From a virus, in the IMG/VR virus record IMGVR_UViG_3300022074_000004: a stretch of 64,000 bases of DNA. One strand, given 5' to 3'. Under the pieces are notes generated by a model. That model was not told the origin of the DNA and did no database searches. It saw only the letters and a list, made by a program, of their open reading frames with translations. Within the stretch, counting starts at the first letter, position 1. Every line of letters begins with the position of its first letter. This document shows, piece by piece, positions 46,476 to 57,197 of the stretch. The translations under genes were made by a program, and so were the position numbers.

Positions 46476-47894
46476 ATGTTAAATCCATTTTTTACACAAG
46501 GTACGGTAGGCGAGCAAAGCCTAATCCAAGATCTAATTAATGAACAATTGAGAATGTATGGCATTGAAGTTCACTATATGCCAAGATCTTTTATTGGGGA
46601 AAACGATGTTATAAGAGAGGTTGTACAGTCAGCATTCACAAGTTCATATCCAATAGAAGCTTACATACAAAATTATGAAGGATATGCAGAGAACCCAGTT
46701 CTACTCTCAAAGTTTGGTATAGAACAAACTCAAGAAGTAGTTTTTGTAATATCTCAGGAAAGGTGGGAAAGTTATATTGAACCGCTTATTAGAGATAAAC
46801 CGGATGTAAAATTATCCAGTAGACCAAAAGAAGGTGATTTGATATATCTTCCTCTGGGAGATCGTTTATACGAAATAAAATATGTAGAACATGAGAAACC
46901 ATTTTATCAACTCCAGAAAAATTATGTTTATGAGTTGAGATGTGAACTCTTCCGTTATGAAAATGAAGTTATTGATACTGACATTCATGAAATTGATGAC
47001 AATCTTATTGGAAATGAAATTGATGGAAAAAATTCAGATGGAACTTCAGTAATCTTAGGTCCAACACAAACAATTCTTGTCACTGGTATAGGTATTACTG
47101 CTACCGCAACAGCAACAATTGCTGATGGTGGCATACAACTCGTTTCAATTACAAATAGAGGAAGTGGGTACTTTGATAATCCAACAGTTAAGTTTTCAAC
47201 TGCCCCAAGTGGTGGAGTTACTGGTATTGCAACAACTAGATTGATTGGCGGAATAAATCTACATGATGCAACACTTGGAACAAGATCTAGATTGGTTCAA
47301 CATGTTGATATTGTAAATACAGGATCTGGATACACAAAAGCTCCTGGGGTTGGATTTGATGGGACTGGAAGTGGTGCCGCAGCTGTAGCTCAAATCGCAG
47401 ATGGTGTTGTAAGTTCATTTGATATTACAAACCCTGGACTTGGATACGTAGATCAACCTACTATCACAATTACCGGCGATTCTACCGTAGGAGCCGCTGC
47501 AACGGCTGTAATTGGAGAGGATGGGCAAATTACTTCAATTAATCTAATTAACGCTGGAATAGGCTATACAGAGGCTCCTACGATCACCATATCTGATCCA
47601 TATATGGAATCTCAAGGAAACTTTATATTTAATGAAGTTGTAACAGGATCCGAGACTGGAACAACTGCCAGAGTTAGGTCATGGAGTTTTACAAATGTTT
47701 TGGATGTTTCAAATATCGCTGGAGAATTTAAGGTAGGAGAAGTCTTAACAGGGTCAGAATCTGGAGCAACTCATAGAGTATTATTTGTTGACAAGTTCCC
47801 AACAGATGATGGATTTGCTGACAATTTCAATATAGAAGCAGAGTCTGATAATATTATAGATTTTTCTGAAAACAATCCATTCGGAACTCCATAA
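46476..47894 (+). CDS. gp14: neck protein
   Basis: NPFFTQG...EQSLIQDL, RPKEGDLIY, PFYQL, DFSENNPFG; ATG at 46476. Confidence 0.9.
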   Translation: MLNPFFTQGTVGEQSLIQDLINEQLRMYGIEVHYMPRSFIGENDVIREVVQSAFTSSYPIEAYIQNYEGYAENPVLLSKFGIEQTQEVVFVISQERWESYIEPLIRDKPDVKLSSRPKEGDLIYLPLGDRLYEIKYVEHEKPFYQLQKNYVYELRCELFRYENEVIDTDIHEIDDNLIGNEIDGKNSDGTSVILGPTQTILVTGIGITATATATIADGGIQLVSITNRGSGYFDNPTVKFSTAPSGGVTGIATTRLIGGINLHDATLGTRSRLVQHVDIVNTGSGYTKAPGVGFDGTGSGAAAVAQIADGVVSSFDITNPGLGYVDQPTITITGDSTVGAAATAVIGEDGQITSINLINAGIGYTEAPTITISDPYMESQGNFIFNEVVTGSETGTTARVRSWSFTNVLDVSNIAGEFKVGEVLTGSESGATHRVLFVDKFPTDDGFADNFNIEAESDNIIDFSENNPFGTP

Positions 47895-47897
47895 ATA
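47891..47897 (+). promoter_or_regulatory. late promoter
   Basis: ATAAATA overlapping the gp14 stop. Confidence 0.6.
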
Positions 47898-47918
47898 CAG
47901 TATATAAAAGCTATAATT

Positions 47919-48914
47919 ATGTTTGAATATTATTATAACGAAATATTAAGAAAAACAATCATCGCCTTTGGTACGATGTTTAACAATATTTCCATCAAGC
48001 ACTTTGATAAGAATAATAATGTAGTTGATGTTATAAAGGTTCCTCTTGCCTATGGACCAACTCAAAAATTTCTCGCAAGAATTGAGCAGTCTCCAGATTT
48101 AAATAAATCTACTGCGATCACTCTTCCAAGAATGTCATTTGAGTTCAATGGTTTAAAATATGACTCTTCAAGAAAAGTAACAACAACACAACAATTTGTT
48201 GCTATTGACAGTGAAGAAGGTGCAAAGAAGACTTATATGCCAGTTCCATATAATATGGAATTTGAACTAAGCATCATGGCAAAAGTAAATGATGATATGC
48301 TCCAAATAGTTGAACAAATATTACCATACTTCCAGCCATCTTACAACATAAGTATAGAAGTAGTAGAAAGGATAAAGGAGAAAAGAGATATTCCAATCGT
48401 ATTGGAAAATATCACAATGCAAGATGATTATACAGGAGATTTCACTAGCAGAAGAGTTTTAACATACAGTCTTAAATTTACTGCAAAAACATATCTGTTT
48501 GGTCCTGTTACATCTGCAACTAAGGATATTATCAAAAAAGCAACTGTCAGATATCTCGATGGGAAAGATAGTACTAGTGCAATTCGTGATGTTACATATT
48601 CAGTAAAGCCAAGAGCAATAAAAGATTACAATGGAGATATTGTAACTACTGTATCGGAAGATTTTGATACAACAGCTATAACAATAGAGGTTGATGATTT
48701 AAGCACTTTAACCGAAGATAGCTACATTGATATAGAAGGAGAAAGAATGTATGTAAAAACAATATCAGATTCTAAGGCGTTAGTGGAGCGTGGTAGAGAT
48801 GGAGCCATAGTCACTTCACACTTGAGAGGAGCTCCTGTAAAACTCATTACTCAAGAGGATGATGTTTTAGTAGAAGAGGGTGATGATTTTGGATTTAGTG
48901 GAGATCTATTCTGA
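47919..48914 (+). CDS. gp15: tail sheath stabilizer/terminator
   Basis: FGTMFNNI, VPLAYGP, LPRMSFE, QIVEQILPYFQP. Confidence 0.95.
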   Translation: MFEYYYNEILRKTIIAFGTMFNNISIKHFDKNNNVVDVIKVPLAYGPTQKFLARIEQSPDLNKSTAITLPRMSFEFNGLKYDSSRKVTTTQQFVAIDSEEGAKKTYMPVPYNMEFELSIMAKVNDDMLQIVEQILPYFQPSYNISIEVVERIKEKRDIPIVLENITMQDDYTGDFTSRRVLTYSLKFTAKTYLFGPVTSATKDIIKKATVRYLDGKDSTSAIRDVTYSVKPRAIKDYNGDIVTTVSEDFDTTAITIEVDDLSTLTEDSYIDIEGERMYVKTISDSKALVERGRDGAIVTSHLRGAPVKLITQEDDVLVEEGDDFGFSGDLF

Positions 48915-49336
48915 TGTCAGATAAATTTAAAGATTTAAATGAAACCTTTGATGTAGAACCAAGTGATTCAGAATCCAGTAAGATACAAAAGATTGAAGAT
49001 ATTAGTTCTACAGTAGAAGATATTAAAAAAGACTATGAATATACTCGTGGTAATTTATATTCAATCATAGAAAAAGGTCAAGAAGCAATTGATAGTGTTC
49101 TTGAGTTGGCACAAGAAACAGAACAGCCAAGAGCATATGAAGTTCTTGGCCAGTTGATTAAAAATGTCTCTGATACAACAGATAAGTTGATGGAGCTTCA
49201 GAAAAAACTTAAAGATGTTGAAGAAGAAAGTGGAAAAAATAAAGGTCCTTCAACAGTTAACAATGCCCTATTTGTTGGCTCCACAGCAGAGCTTTCAAAA
49301 CTATTGAAGAATGGCCTTAAGGATCTTGATAAATAA
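48914..49336 (+). CDS. gp16: terminase small subunit
   Basis: DYEYTR.NL, PRAYEV, NNALFVGSTAEL. Confidence 0.95.
   Translation: MSDKFKDLNETFDVEPSDSESSKIQKIEDISSTVEDIKKDYEYTRGNLYSIIEKGQEAIDSVLELAQETEQPRAYEVLGQLIKNVSDTTDKLMELQKKLKDVEEESGKNKGPSTVNNALFVGSTAELSKLLKNGLKDLDK
49329..49335 (+). promoter_or_regulatory. late promoter
   Basis: ATAAATA. Confidence 0.55.
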
Positions 49337-49360
49337 AACAGGTATTCTTTCTGATGTGAC

Positions 49361-50044
49361 ATGTTAGAAGAAAAGAAAAAGAAGAGTGACAAAGAAAAGA
49401 TCAAAGGGATTGGTCGTGGGTATTGGGGAAGATTTGGTATAGAAGATGACCCAGAAGAGTGTTCCAATGGTGGGGATGTTGGAGAATCTGTAGTAATTGA
49501 TGATGCGAATGGAAAAGCATACGCAAAAGTAATAGATATAATCAAAAATAAAAGTATTAAAGACTATTACAATATAGATGAGGCAGTCAGAATTCCAGCA
49601 AAGACTGGAAATATGATTGATGTATATTTCAACTGGAGAGGAAGATATATTTCCTTAAAAATGTTTTTCCCTGAAGTAAGAATGCCTACAAAGCAGGATA
49701 TTGGGGATCAAATTGAAAAGGCATATCCAGGTGCCCGTGTACTTACATACAACTTATCAAAGTTAGTCTCTGGAGAACCATTTCTGCAGATTGAAGATAT
49801 GTCAGGAATGTCCCAAAGATCTGGTGACAAGAGAAGCACCAAGAGTGGTGCAGGAATGACTGCAAAGGGTGTCGCAAAGTACAACAGACGCACTGGTGGT
49901 AATTTGCAGACTGCCGTAACTACGCCCCCATCTAAACTTAAGCCAGGATCTAAATCAGCAAAACGTAGAAAGAGTTTCTGTGCTCGTTCAAAGAGTTGGA
50001 ACGGTGAAAGAGGAAAAGCAGCACGTCGTCGCTGGAATTGCTGA
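49361..50044 (+). CDS. conserved cyanophage protein with basic C-terminal domain
   Basis: GAGMTAKGVAKY...RRKSFCARS...RRWNC. Confidence 0.75.
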   Translation: MLEEKKKKSDKEKIKGIGRGYWGRFGIEDDPEECSNGGDVGESVVIDDANGKAYAKVIDIIKNKSIKDYYNIDEAVRIPAKTGNMIDVYFNWRGRYISLKMFFPEVRMPTKQDIGDQIEKAYPGARVLTYNLSKLVSGEPFLQIEDMSGMSQRSGDKRSTKSGAGMTAKGVAKYNRRTGGNLQTAVTTPPSKLKPGSKSAKRRKSFCARSKSWNGERGKAARRRWNC

Positions 50045-50271
50045 TGAAAACATTTAAAGAATTCATGAAGGAGGCAAAGGATGAGACCGAAATTGGTGCT
50101 CATACTGGAAAATTAGTGCCTAAGAAAAAAATGTCTGCTGCGAAGCGACATGAATTTGAAAAGCAGAGAAGAGAGAACTTAAAGAAACGACCTGGAGACG
50201 CTCCTGGTGATAATAAGTTGATTAATGCACTTAGAGATAAGGCAAAAAGAGAAGGAAATTATGCCAATTAA
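50044..50271 (+). CDS. putative internal head protein
   Basis: MKTFKEFMKE start resembles the T4 capsid targeting sequence. Confidence 0.65.
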   Translation: MKTFKEFMKEAKDETEIGAHTGKLVPKKKMSAAKRHEFEKQRRENLKKRPGDAPGDNKLINALRDKAKREGNYAN

Positions 50272-50274
50272 ATT

Positions 50275-51924
50275 ATGACTGATTCTTATCTTGGTAATCC
50301 CCTACTTAAAAAGTATGGAACAACCCATGAGTTTACACAGGAACAAATTATTGAAATTATGAGGTGTCAAGATGACCCAGTATACTTTGCAAGTCATTAT
50401 GTAAAAATCGTTTCTCTTGACGATGGTTTGACACAATTTCAGCCATATGATTTTCAGGAGAAATTGATAAGCAATTTCCATGAGAATAGATTTAATATTT
50501 GCAAAATGCCTCGTCAGACAGGTAAGTCTACAACTGTGATTTCATATCTTTTACACTTTTTATTATTCAATGCAAATGTAAGTATTGGTATATTGGCAAA
50601 CAAAGCGTCAACCTCAAGAGAACTTTTGAGTAGACTTGCAACTGCATATGAAAACATTCCAAAGTGGATGCAGCAAGGTGTGATAAACTGGAACAAAGGT
50701 AATATTGAATTAGAAAATGGCAGTAAGATATTGGCAGCTTCTACGTCTGCAAGTGCTGTTCGAGGTATGTCATTTAACATCCTCTTTCTCGACGAGTTCG
50801 CGTTCGTCCCAAATCACGTTGCTGACCAATTCTTTGCATCTGTTTATCCTACTATTACTTCTGGTAAAAGCACCAAAGTAATTATTGTTTCTACGCCACA
50901 TGGTATGAATCACTTCTACCGAATGTGGCATGATGCAGAAAGATCAATTAATGAATACGTACCGACTGAAGTTCATTGGTCAGAAGTTCCCGGTAGAGAC
51001 GATAAGTGGAAAAAGCAAACAATTGCAAATACTTCTGAATCTCAGTTCAAGGTTGAGTTTGAATGTGAATTCTTAGGATCTGTTGATACTTTAATTGCAC
51101 CAAGTAAATTGAAGTCTTTGGTTTATGAGAACCCAAAGACAATGAATGCTGGTTTAGATGTATATAAAGACCCGATAAAAGATCACGATTACGTTATAAC
51201 TGTTGATGTTGCCCGTGGAGTTGGAGAAGATTTTTCGGCATTTGTTGTTGTAGATATTACAGAGTTCCCACACAAGGTTGTAGCAAAATATAGAAATAAT
51301 GAAATAAAGCCAATGCTATTTCCAAATGTTATTTGGGAAGTTGCGAGAAGTTATAATAGTGCATATATTTTATGCGAAGTTAATGATGTTGGAGACCAAG
51401 TAGCATCAATCATTCAATATGATCTAGAATATCAAAATTTACTTATGTGTTCCATGAGAGGTCGTGCTGGACAAGTAGTGGGTCAAGGATTTTCAGGCAA
51501 AAAAACTCAATTGGGATTAAAGATGTCCAAGACCGTAAAGAAGGTTGGATCTCTTAATCTAAAAGCGATGATTGAGGAAGATAAACTTATTTTTTCTGAT
51601 TATGAAATAATATCAGAGCTAACTACTTTTATTTCAAAAAGAAATTCATTTGAAGCTGAAGATGGTTGCAATGACGACTTAGCAATGTGTCTTGTCATTT
51701 ACGCTTGGTTAGTCGCTCAAGATTACTTTAAAGAATTAACAGACCAGGATGTAAGAAAAAGATTATATGAAGAGCAAAAAAATCAGATTGAACAAGACAT
51801 GGCACCTTTTGGATTCATGTCAGATGGTCTAGATGATAATGAAAGTTTTGTAGATCAAGATGGTGATCGCTGGCATACGGATGAGTATGGAGATAGAGCT
51901 TATATGTGGGATTATCTATCATGA
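50275..51924 (+). CDS. gp17: terminase large subunit
   Basis: YLGNPLLK, PRQTGKST, FLDEFAF, STPHG, DDLAM. Confidence 0.97.
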   Translation: MTDSYLGNPLLKKYGTTHEFTQEQIIEIMRCQDDPVYFASHYVKIVSLDDGLTQFQPYDFQEKLISNFHENRFNICKMPRQTGKSTTVISYLLHFLLFNANVSIGILANKASTSRELLSRLATAYENIPKWMQQGVINWNKGNIELENGSKILAASTSASAVRGMSFNILFLDEFAFVPNHVADQFFASVYPTITSGKSTKVIIVSTPHGMNHFYRMWHDAERSINEYVPTEVHWSEVPGRDDKWKKQTIANTSESQFKVEFECEFLGSVDTLIAPSKLKSLVYENPKTMNAGLDVYKDPIKDHDYVITVDVARGVGEDFSAFVVVDITEFPHKVVAKYRNNEIKPMLFPNVIWEVARSYNSAYILCEVNDVGDQVASIIQYDLEYQNLLMCSMRGRAGQVVGQGFSGKKTQLGLKMSKTVKKVGSLNLKAMIEEDKLIFSDYEIISELTTFISKRNSFEAEDGCNDDLAMCLVIYAWLVAQDYFKELTDQDVRKRLYEEQKNQIEQDMAPFGFMSDGLDDNESFVDQDGDRWHTDEYGDRAYMWDYLS

Positions 51925-52124
51925 TCAATAGAAAAAACACCAAAGAAAAAGTTATTGATCTAATACGCTTTGTTATTTTTACACAATTACTGATTGTTGC
52001 TGCAACTATCTTTGGATGTTTTGTACCAGGTAAAACTTGTGATGGAGAATCAAAGCAATATATTGCAAATATGATGACTCTTATAACTACCTCTACATTT
52101 GCATTATATGCAGCAGAAAAATGA
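51921..52124 (+). CDS. small two-helix membrane protein
   Basis: two hydrophobic segments; ATGA coupling. Confidence 0.65.
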   Translation: MINRKNTKEKVIDLIRFVIFTQLLIVAATIFGCFVPGKTCDGESKQYIANMMTLITTSTFALYAAEK

Positions 52125-52360
52125 TAGATGGATTTGATGACAATCAAATTAAATTAGGGCATCTCCTGCTCACTGATAGAACTTGCAATAAATGTGGGCA
52201 GGTAAAAAATTTATTGGATTGTTTTTACAGGACAAGAAAAGACAGAGGTCCGGTAGCGGCTTCATACTCATATGAATGTAAAGAATGTACAAAAGAGAGG
52301 ATTGTCTCAAAAAGAAGAAAAAAAGACAGAATTGATAGATGGGAATACCCTGATTGGTAG
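52121..52360 (+). CDS. small Zn-finger protein
   Basis: CNKC...ECKEC. Confidence 0.75.
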   Translation: MIDGFDDNQIKLGHLLLTDRTCNKCGQVKNLLDCFYRTRKDRGPVAASYSYECKECTKERIVSKRRKKDRIDRWEYPDW

Positions 52361-52397
52361 TTCACGCTAGGTTTCCCCAATGAAACTTGCCCTTTTA

Positions 52398-52404
52398 ATA
52401 AATA
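52398..52404 (+). promoter_or_regulatory. late promoter
   Basis: ATAAATA. Confidence 0.7.
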
Positions 52405-52437
52405 ATTTTTAGTTTAATATAGTTAACGGAGAAACAA

Positions 52438-54567
52438 ATGGCAACTCCACAATTATCTCCCGGTCTGATTTCAAGAGAGATTGACCTGACAGTTGGTAGA
52501 GTTGATAATGTAATCGATATTACTGGAGCTTTTGCAGGCCCATTTTCAATTGGACCAGTTGATGAGACAGTAATTATTGAGAGTGAAAGAGATTTGATTG
52601 ACACATTCGGACAACCAAGCGAAGTGGGCAATCACTTTGAGTATTGGATGAGTGCTGCATCATATCTTTCATACGGTGGAAATATGAACATCGTAAGAAC
52701 ATCAGGAAGCAATCTCAAAAATGCGAATGATACTGGTGTTGCGACTATGATCAAAAATTATGATGACTATCAATTGTATCACACAACAGCATCTTCTTAT
52801 AGCTTTGCTGCTAAAAACCCAGGAACATGGGCAAATGGAATGGCAGTATGTATGATCGATGATTTGGCAGATCAAATTATTGAGATTGACTCGAACGATC
52901 TGGCTGCAGATGGAGCTGTTGTTGGCGAAGGCATCACTGCACCGTTAACAGCCGTAACAATACCAGGAAGTGGTTCAACAGCACCATTCACTGGAGTTCT
53001 TAAAGGAATTATTACATCAGTTAATAGCTCAACAACAGCTAATAGTACACTGACAGTAAAGATTGTATCCAGAGTCTCCACAGCAGGAGAAGAAACAGCT
53101 ATGAGCTATGTGCCACTTAGCGCATATGCAGCTTTTGCAGCAGCATCAACTATTTCGTATGTAGATTCCACTGGAACAGAAGTAGCAACAGCAACTGTAG
53201 AGAAAGCATATGACTGGTACGATCAACAAACTCTTAATTTAACAAACAGTGTTGTTTACTGGAAATCTATTGCACCAAAACCAGTAGCCACAAACTACAC
53301 ACTTTCCAGACAAGGAAATAACGATGGTCTTCACATTGTTGTAGTTGATGATCTCGGTACTGTGACAGGTGTCCGTGGAAATATCATGGAGAAGCATCTG
53401 TTCCTCTCGAAAGCAAAAGATGCAGTTTCAGACGTAAGTTCACCACAAAAAAATTATTATAAGAATTATATTGCAGATTTCTCTACAAATGTGTATGTTG
53501 GAGATAATGCTTTAACATTAGCAGCAACAGGTTTTTCATCTGGCTATACTCCAGCTAGTGCTGAGTGGGGAGAAGATGCACAAGGTAGTGTATTTAAGTC
53601 TGCAGGAAATCTATCATTTACACTTTCTGCTGGTGCAGATTATGGTGCAGACGGTTCAATGGATACCGGACTGCAAGATTTGATGGCATCATATAGTCTT
53701 TTCACTAATTCCGATAACGTGGAAGTTGATTTCTTGATCATGGGTCCAGGTCTAGCTGATAGAAACGAATCTCAAGCAAAAGCAAATTATTTGATTTCTA
53801 TTGCAAATGAGAGAAAAGATTGTATGGCGGTTATTGGGCCACATTATTCCGATCTTGTTGGTGTAACTAATTCAGATACTCAAACAGATAATTTGATTAG
53901 TTATTTTGGATCACTACAGTCTTCATCATATGCAGTATTTGACAGTGGATACAAGTATACTTACAATAGATTTGCAAATAAATTCTGTTACCTTCCTTGC
54001 AATCCAGACATTGCAGGAATCATGTCTAGAACAAATATTGACTCATTCCCATGGTTCTCTCCTGCAGGAGAGAATAGAGGAACTCTGAATAATGCAGTTA
54101 AGTTGGCATATAACCCATCTAAGACAGATAGAGATCGTTTATATCCAAATAGAATTAACCCTGTTATCACTCAAACTGGTAAAGGAACATTCTTATTTGG
54201 AGATAAAACTGCTCTATCATATCCATCTGCATTTGATAGAATAAATGTTCGTCGTTTGTTCTTAACAATTGAACAGGCTCTAGATGGTGCTGCACAGGCA
54301 CAATTATTCGAGCTTAATGATGATACAACTAGAAGCGGATTTATTAACATTGTTGAACCATATCTTCGTGATATCCAGGCAAAGCGTGGATTAGTTGATT
54401 TTAGAGTTATTTGTGATGTCACAAACAATACTCCAGATGTTATTGATAATAATGAGTTTAGAGCAGATATCTTCTTAAAACCAACAAAGTCAATTAACTA
54501 TATTACATTAACATTTGTTGCCACCAGAACTGGTGTTGACTTTGAAGAAGTTATAGGTCGAGTTTGA
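52438..54567 (+). CDS. gp18: tail sheath protein
   Basis: LSPG...REIDLT, PWFSPAG, FDRINVRRLF, FELND. Confidence 0.97.
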   Translation: MATPQLSPGLISREIDLTVGRVDNVIDITGAFAGPFSIGPVDETVIIESERDLIDTFGQPSEVGNHFEYWMSAASYLSYGGNMNIVRTSGSNLKNANDTGVATMIKNYDDYQLYHTTASSYSFAAKNPGTWANGMAVCMIDDLADQIIEIDSNDLAADGAVVGEGITAPLTAVTIPGSGSTAPFTGVLKGIITSVNSSTTANSTLTVKIVSRVSTAGEETAMSYVPLSAYAAFAAASTISYVDSTGTEVATATVEKAYDWYDQQTLNLTNSVVYWKSIAPKPVATNYTLSRQGNNDGLHIVVVDDLGTVTGVRGNIMEKHLFLSKAKDAVSDVSSPQKNYYKNYIADFSTNVYVGDNALTLAATGFSSGYTPASAEWGEDAQGSVFKSAGNLSFTLSAGADYGADGSMDTGLQDLMASYSLFTNSDNVEVDFLIMGPGLADRNESQAKANYLISIANERKDCMAVIGPHYSDLVGVTNSDTQTDNLISYFGSLQSSSYAVFDSGYKYTYNRFANKFCYLPCNPDIAGIMSRTNIDSFPWFSPAGENRGTLNNAVKLAYNPSKTDRDRLYPNRINPVITQTGKGTFLFGDKTALSYPSAFDRINVRRLFLTIEQALDGAAQAQLFELNDDTTRSGFINIVEPYLRDIQAKRGLVDFRVICDVTNNTPDVIDNNEFRADIFLKPTKSINYITLTFVATRTGVDFEEVIGRV

Positions 54568-54605
54568 TACTTAAAATTAACAACACAAATTAAAGGAGAA
54601 AAAAA

Positions 54606-55256
54606 ATGGCCACTGAGACTAATACACAAGCTGATGAGCACGCAGGAAAAAGTAGTATTACGGATTTTAAAACAAAATTAAGTGGAGGAGGTGCCCGCCC
54701 CAATCTATTCTATGTTGAATTCACAGATCTTTTTAATGATCCCATTGAGGATGATCTTACTGGTCAAGATCTGACTGACGCTAAAGAGTCCAATGTTACA
54801 AGAAATGATCAATTTTCATATCTTTGTAAGGCAGCACAAATTCCAGCATCTGTAATTGCATCAATTGATGTTCCTTTTAGAGGTAGAATTTTGAAGGTTG
54901 CAGGCGACAGAACATTTGAGCCATGGACAATTACAGTCATTAATGATCAAAATTTCAACGTTAGAGAAAGATTTGAAGATTGGATGCAAAAAATTGCACA
55001 ATATACTGATGCTTCTGGTGATGCAAAACCAGACTCCTACTATAAAAAAGCAACAGTACATCAACTCGGTAGAGGTGGAGATGCTAAATCTGATCTAACT
55101 AAATTGAATGGTAGTGGATTGAAAACTATTAAGAAGTACAAGTTCCATGATATTTTCCCAACCAATCTTGGTGCAATTGAATTGAACTATGAATCAACAA
55201 ATGCAATTGAAGAGTTTACTGTAGAGCTGCAAGTTAACTATTGGGAATCCATATAA
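54606..55256 (+). CDS. gp19: tail tube protein
   Basis: GGARPNLF, VPFRGR.LKVAGDRTFEPW, IEEFTV. Confidence 0.97.
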   Translation: MATETNTQADEHAGKSSITDFKTKLSGGGARPNLFYVEFTDLFNDPIEDDLTGQDLTDAKESNVTRNDQFSYLCKAAQIPASVIASIDVPFRGRILKVAGDRTFEPWTITVINDQNFNVRERFEDWMQKIAQYTDASGDAKPDSYYKKATVHQLGRGGDAKSDLTKLNGSGLKTIKKYKFHDIFPTNLGAIELNYESTNAIEEFTVELQVNYWESI

Positions 55257-55259
55257 ATA
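55252..55259 (+). promoter_or_regulatory. late promoter
   Basis: exact TATAAATA. Confidence 0.8.
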
Positions 55260-55282
55260 GTAGAAAACAAATCTATTAAATA

Positions 55283-56989
55283 ATGGCAAGGCTCTTTGGT
55301 TTTTCAATTGATGATAATGAAGATAAGCTGAGTAAATCAGCGGTCTCCCCCGTTCCTCCAAATAATGAGGACGGGGTTGACCATTATATGAGTAGTGGTT
55401 TTTTTGGTTCGTATCTTGATATCGAAGGTGTTTATAAGACAGAATTTGATCTAATAAAAAGATATCGCGAGATGTCTCTTCACCCAGAGGTTGATACTGC
55501 AATCGAAGATATCGTAAATGAAGCAATTGTTTCTGATCAAAATGATAGTCCAATAGAAATTGAACTATCAAATCTTAAAGCCAGTGATGGTATAAAGAAG
55601 ACTATTAGAGAAGAATTTAGGCATATCCTTGATATGCTTGATTTTCATAAAAAGTCTCACGAAATTTATAGAAATTGGTATGTTGATGGTAGATTGTATT
55701 ACCATAAAATTATTGATTTAAAAAATCCACAAGATGGTATTCAAGAGCTGCGTTACATAGACCCAATGAAAATGCGGTATGTTAGGCAGCAAAAGAAAAC
55801 GGAAAAAGATAAGTATAATCAGCTTATTAGTAGTAATATGCTGAGAGATGAAAATCCAATGGAATATAATTTTCCAGAAATAGAAGAATATTTCATCTAT
55901 AACCCCAAATCTACTGGGACTGGAAACCCAATGCAAACAAATACAACAAAAGGTATTCGTATTGCAAAAGATTCCATCACATATTGCACATCTGGTTTGG
56001 TAGATAGAAACAAAGGAACTACTCTTTCTTATCTTCACAAATCAATTAAATCTCTCAATCAACTCAGAATGATTGAGGATAGTTTGGTAATCTATAGATT
56101 GTCAAGAGCACCAGAGCGTCGTATTTTTTACATCGATGTTGGCAATTTGCCTAAAGTAAAAGCAGAGCAGTATTTGCGTGATGTAATGATGCGTTACAGA
56201 AATAAACTTGTATATGACGCATCAACAGGAGAGATCAGAGATGACAAAAAGTTCATGTCTATGCTTGAGGACTTCTGGCTCCCTAGAAGGGAGGGAGGAC
56301 GTGGAACTGAAATTACTACTCTGCCTGGAGGTCAAAACCTCGGAGAAATCACAGATATTGAATACTTTAAGAAAAAACTCTACCGGGCCCTTAATGTTCC
56401 GCCGTCGCGTATGGACGGAGAAGGTGGATTTAATCTGGGTAGATCATCTGAAATCCTTAGGGATGAGTTAAAATTTACAAAGTTTGTAAGTCGTTTGAGA
56501 AAGAGATTCTCAAATATGTTCCATGATATTTTGAGAACTCAACTAATTCTGAAGAATGTAGTCACCCCAGAAGATTGGGAAAAGATGAAAGAGCATATTC
56601 AATATGACTTCTTGTATGACAATCACTTCTCAGAACTCAAGGAATCCGAATTGATGCAGGATAGATTTGGATTATTAGAAACCGCTCAACCTTATGTTGG
56701 AAAATATTTCTCACAAGATTATGTACGTAGGAAGATTTTACGTCAAACTGATGAGGAAATCATTGAACAGGATAAGATGATTGAAAAAGAAATTGCAGAT
56801 GGCGTTATCCCAGATCCAAATCAACCAGTTGATCCAGAAACGGGAATGCCTATGGACCCGACTGGAATGGATGATCCTGCAGTTGCAGCAGGTGGTGGCG
56901 AAATGGGAGCTGTTCCAACAGAACCAGATTTGGAACAACAAGCAAGAGCAACAAAAGCACCAGAAATGCCTAAAGGTGGTGAAATATAA
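55283..56989 (+). CDS. gp20: portal protein
   Basis: IYRLSRAPERRIFYIDVGN, EDFWLPRREGGRGTEI. Confidence 0.98.
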   Translation: MARLFGFSIDDNEDKLSKSAVSPVPPNNEDGVDHYMSSGFFGSYLDIEGVYKTEFDLIKRYREMSLHPEVDTAIEDIVNEAIVSDQNDSPIEIELSNLKASDGIKKTIREEFRHILDMLDFHKKSHEIYRNWYVDGRLYYHKIIDLKNPQDGIQELRYIDPMKMRYVRQQKKTEKDKYNQLISSNMLRDENPMEYNFPEIEEYFIYNPKSTGTGNPMQTNTTKGIRIAKDSITYCTSGLVDRNKGTTLSYLHKSIKSLNQLRMIEDSLVIYRLSRAPERRIFYIDVGNLPKVKAEQYLRDVMMRYRNKLVYDASTGEIRDDKKFMSMLEDFWLPRREGGRGTEITTLPGGQNLGEITDIEYFKKKLYRALNVPPSRMDGEGGFNLGRSSEILRDELKFTKFVSRLRKRFSNMFHDILRTQLILKNVVTPEDWEKMKEHIQYDFLYDNHFSELKESELMQDRFGLLETAQPYVGKYFSQDYVRRKILRQTDEEIIEQDKMIEKEIADGVIPDPNQPVDPETGMPMDPTGMDDPAVAAGGGEMGAVPTEPDLEQQARATKAPEMPKGGEI

Positions 56990-56996
56990 AGATATC

Positions 56997-57158
56997 ATGG
57001 ACACTGATTTAAAGAAGTGTGTTATCAGTTATATCATAGAAAATCAATGGAAACATCCACACTTAGGTGGATTAAATTTACAAAATAGCCATCCATATCT
57101 ACATCCATATAAAAATATTCATCCACTTTATCTAAGAAATATACCTAAGAATAAGTAG
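56997..57158 (+). CDS. 53-aa His-Pro-containing peptide
   Basis: MDTDLKKCV...HPHL...HPYLHPY...HPLY. Confidence 0.4.
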   Translation: MDTDLKKCVISYIIENQWKHPHLGGLNLQNSHPYLHPYKNIHPLYLRNIPKNK

Positions 57159-57159
57159 A

Positions 57160-57167
57160 TATAAATA
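57160..57167 (+). promoter_or_regulatory. late promoter
   Basis: exact TATAAATA. Confidence 0.8.
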
Positions 57168-57197
57168 ACTGTTAGTAAACTTTAATATTTTATAACT

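Noticed and set aside
56781-57158. Frameshift extension of the portal protein via the overlapping 125-aa ORF
   Set aside because: gp20 ends normally (PKGGEI*) and no slippery site with downstream structure is evident
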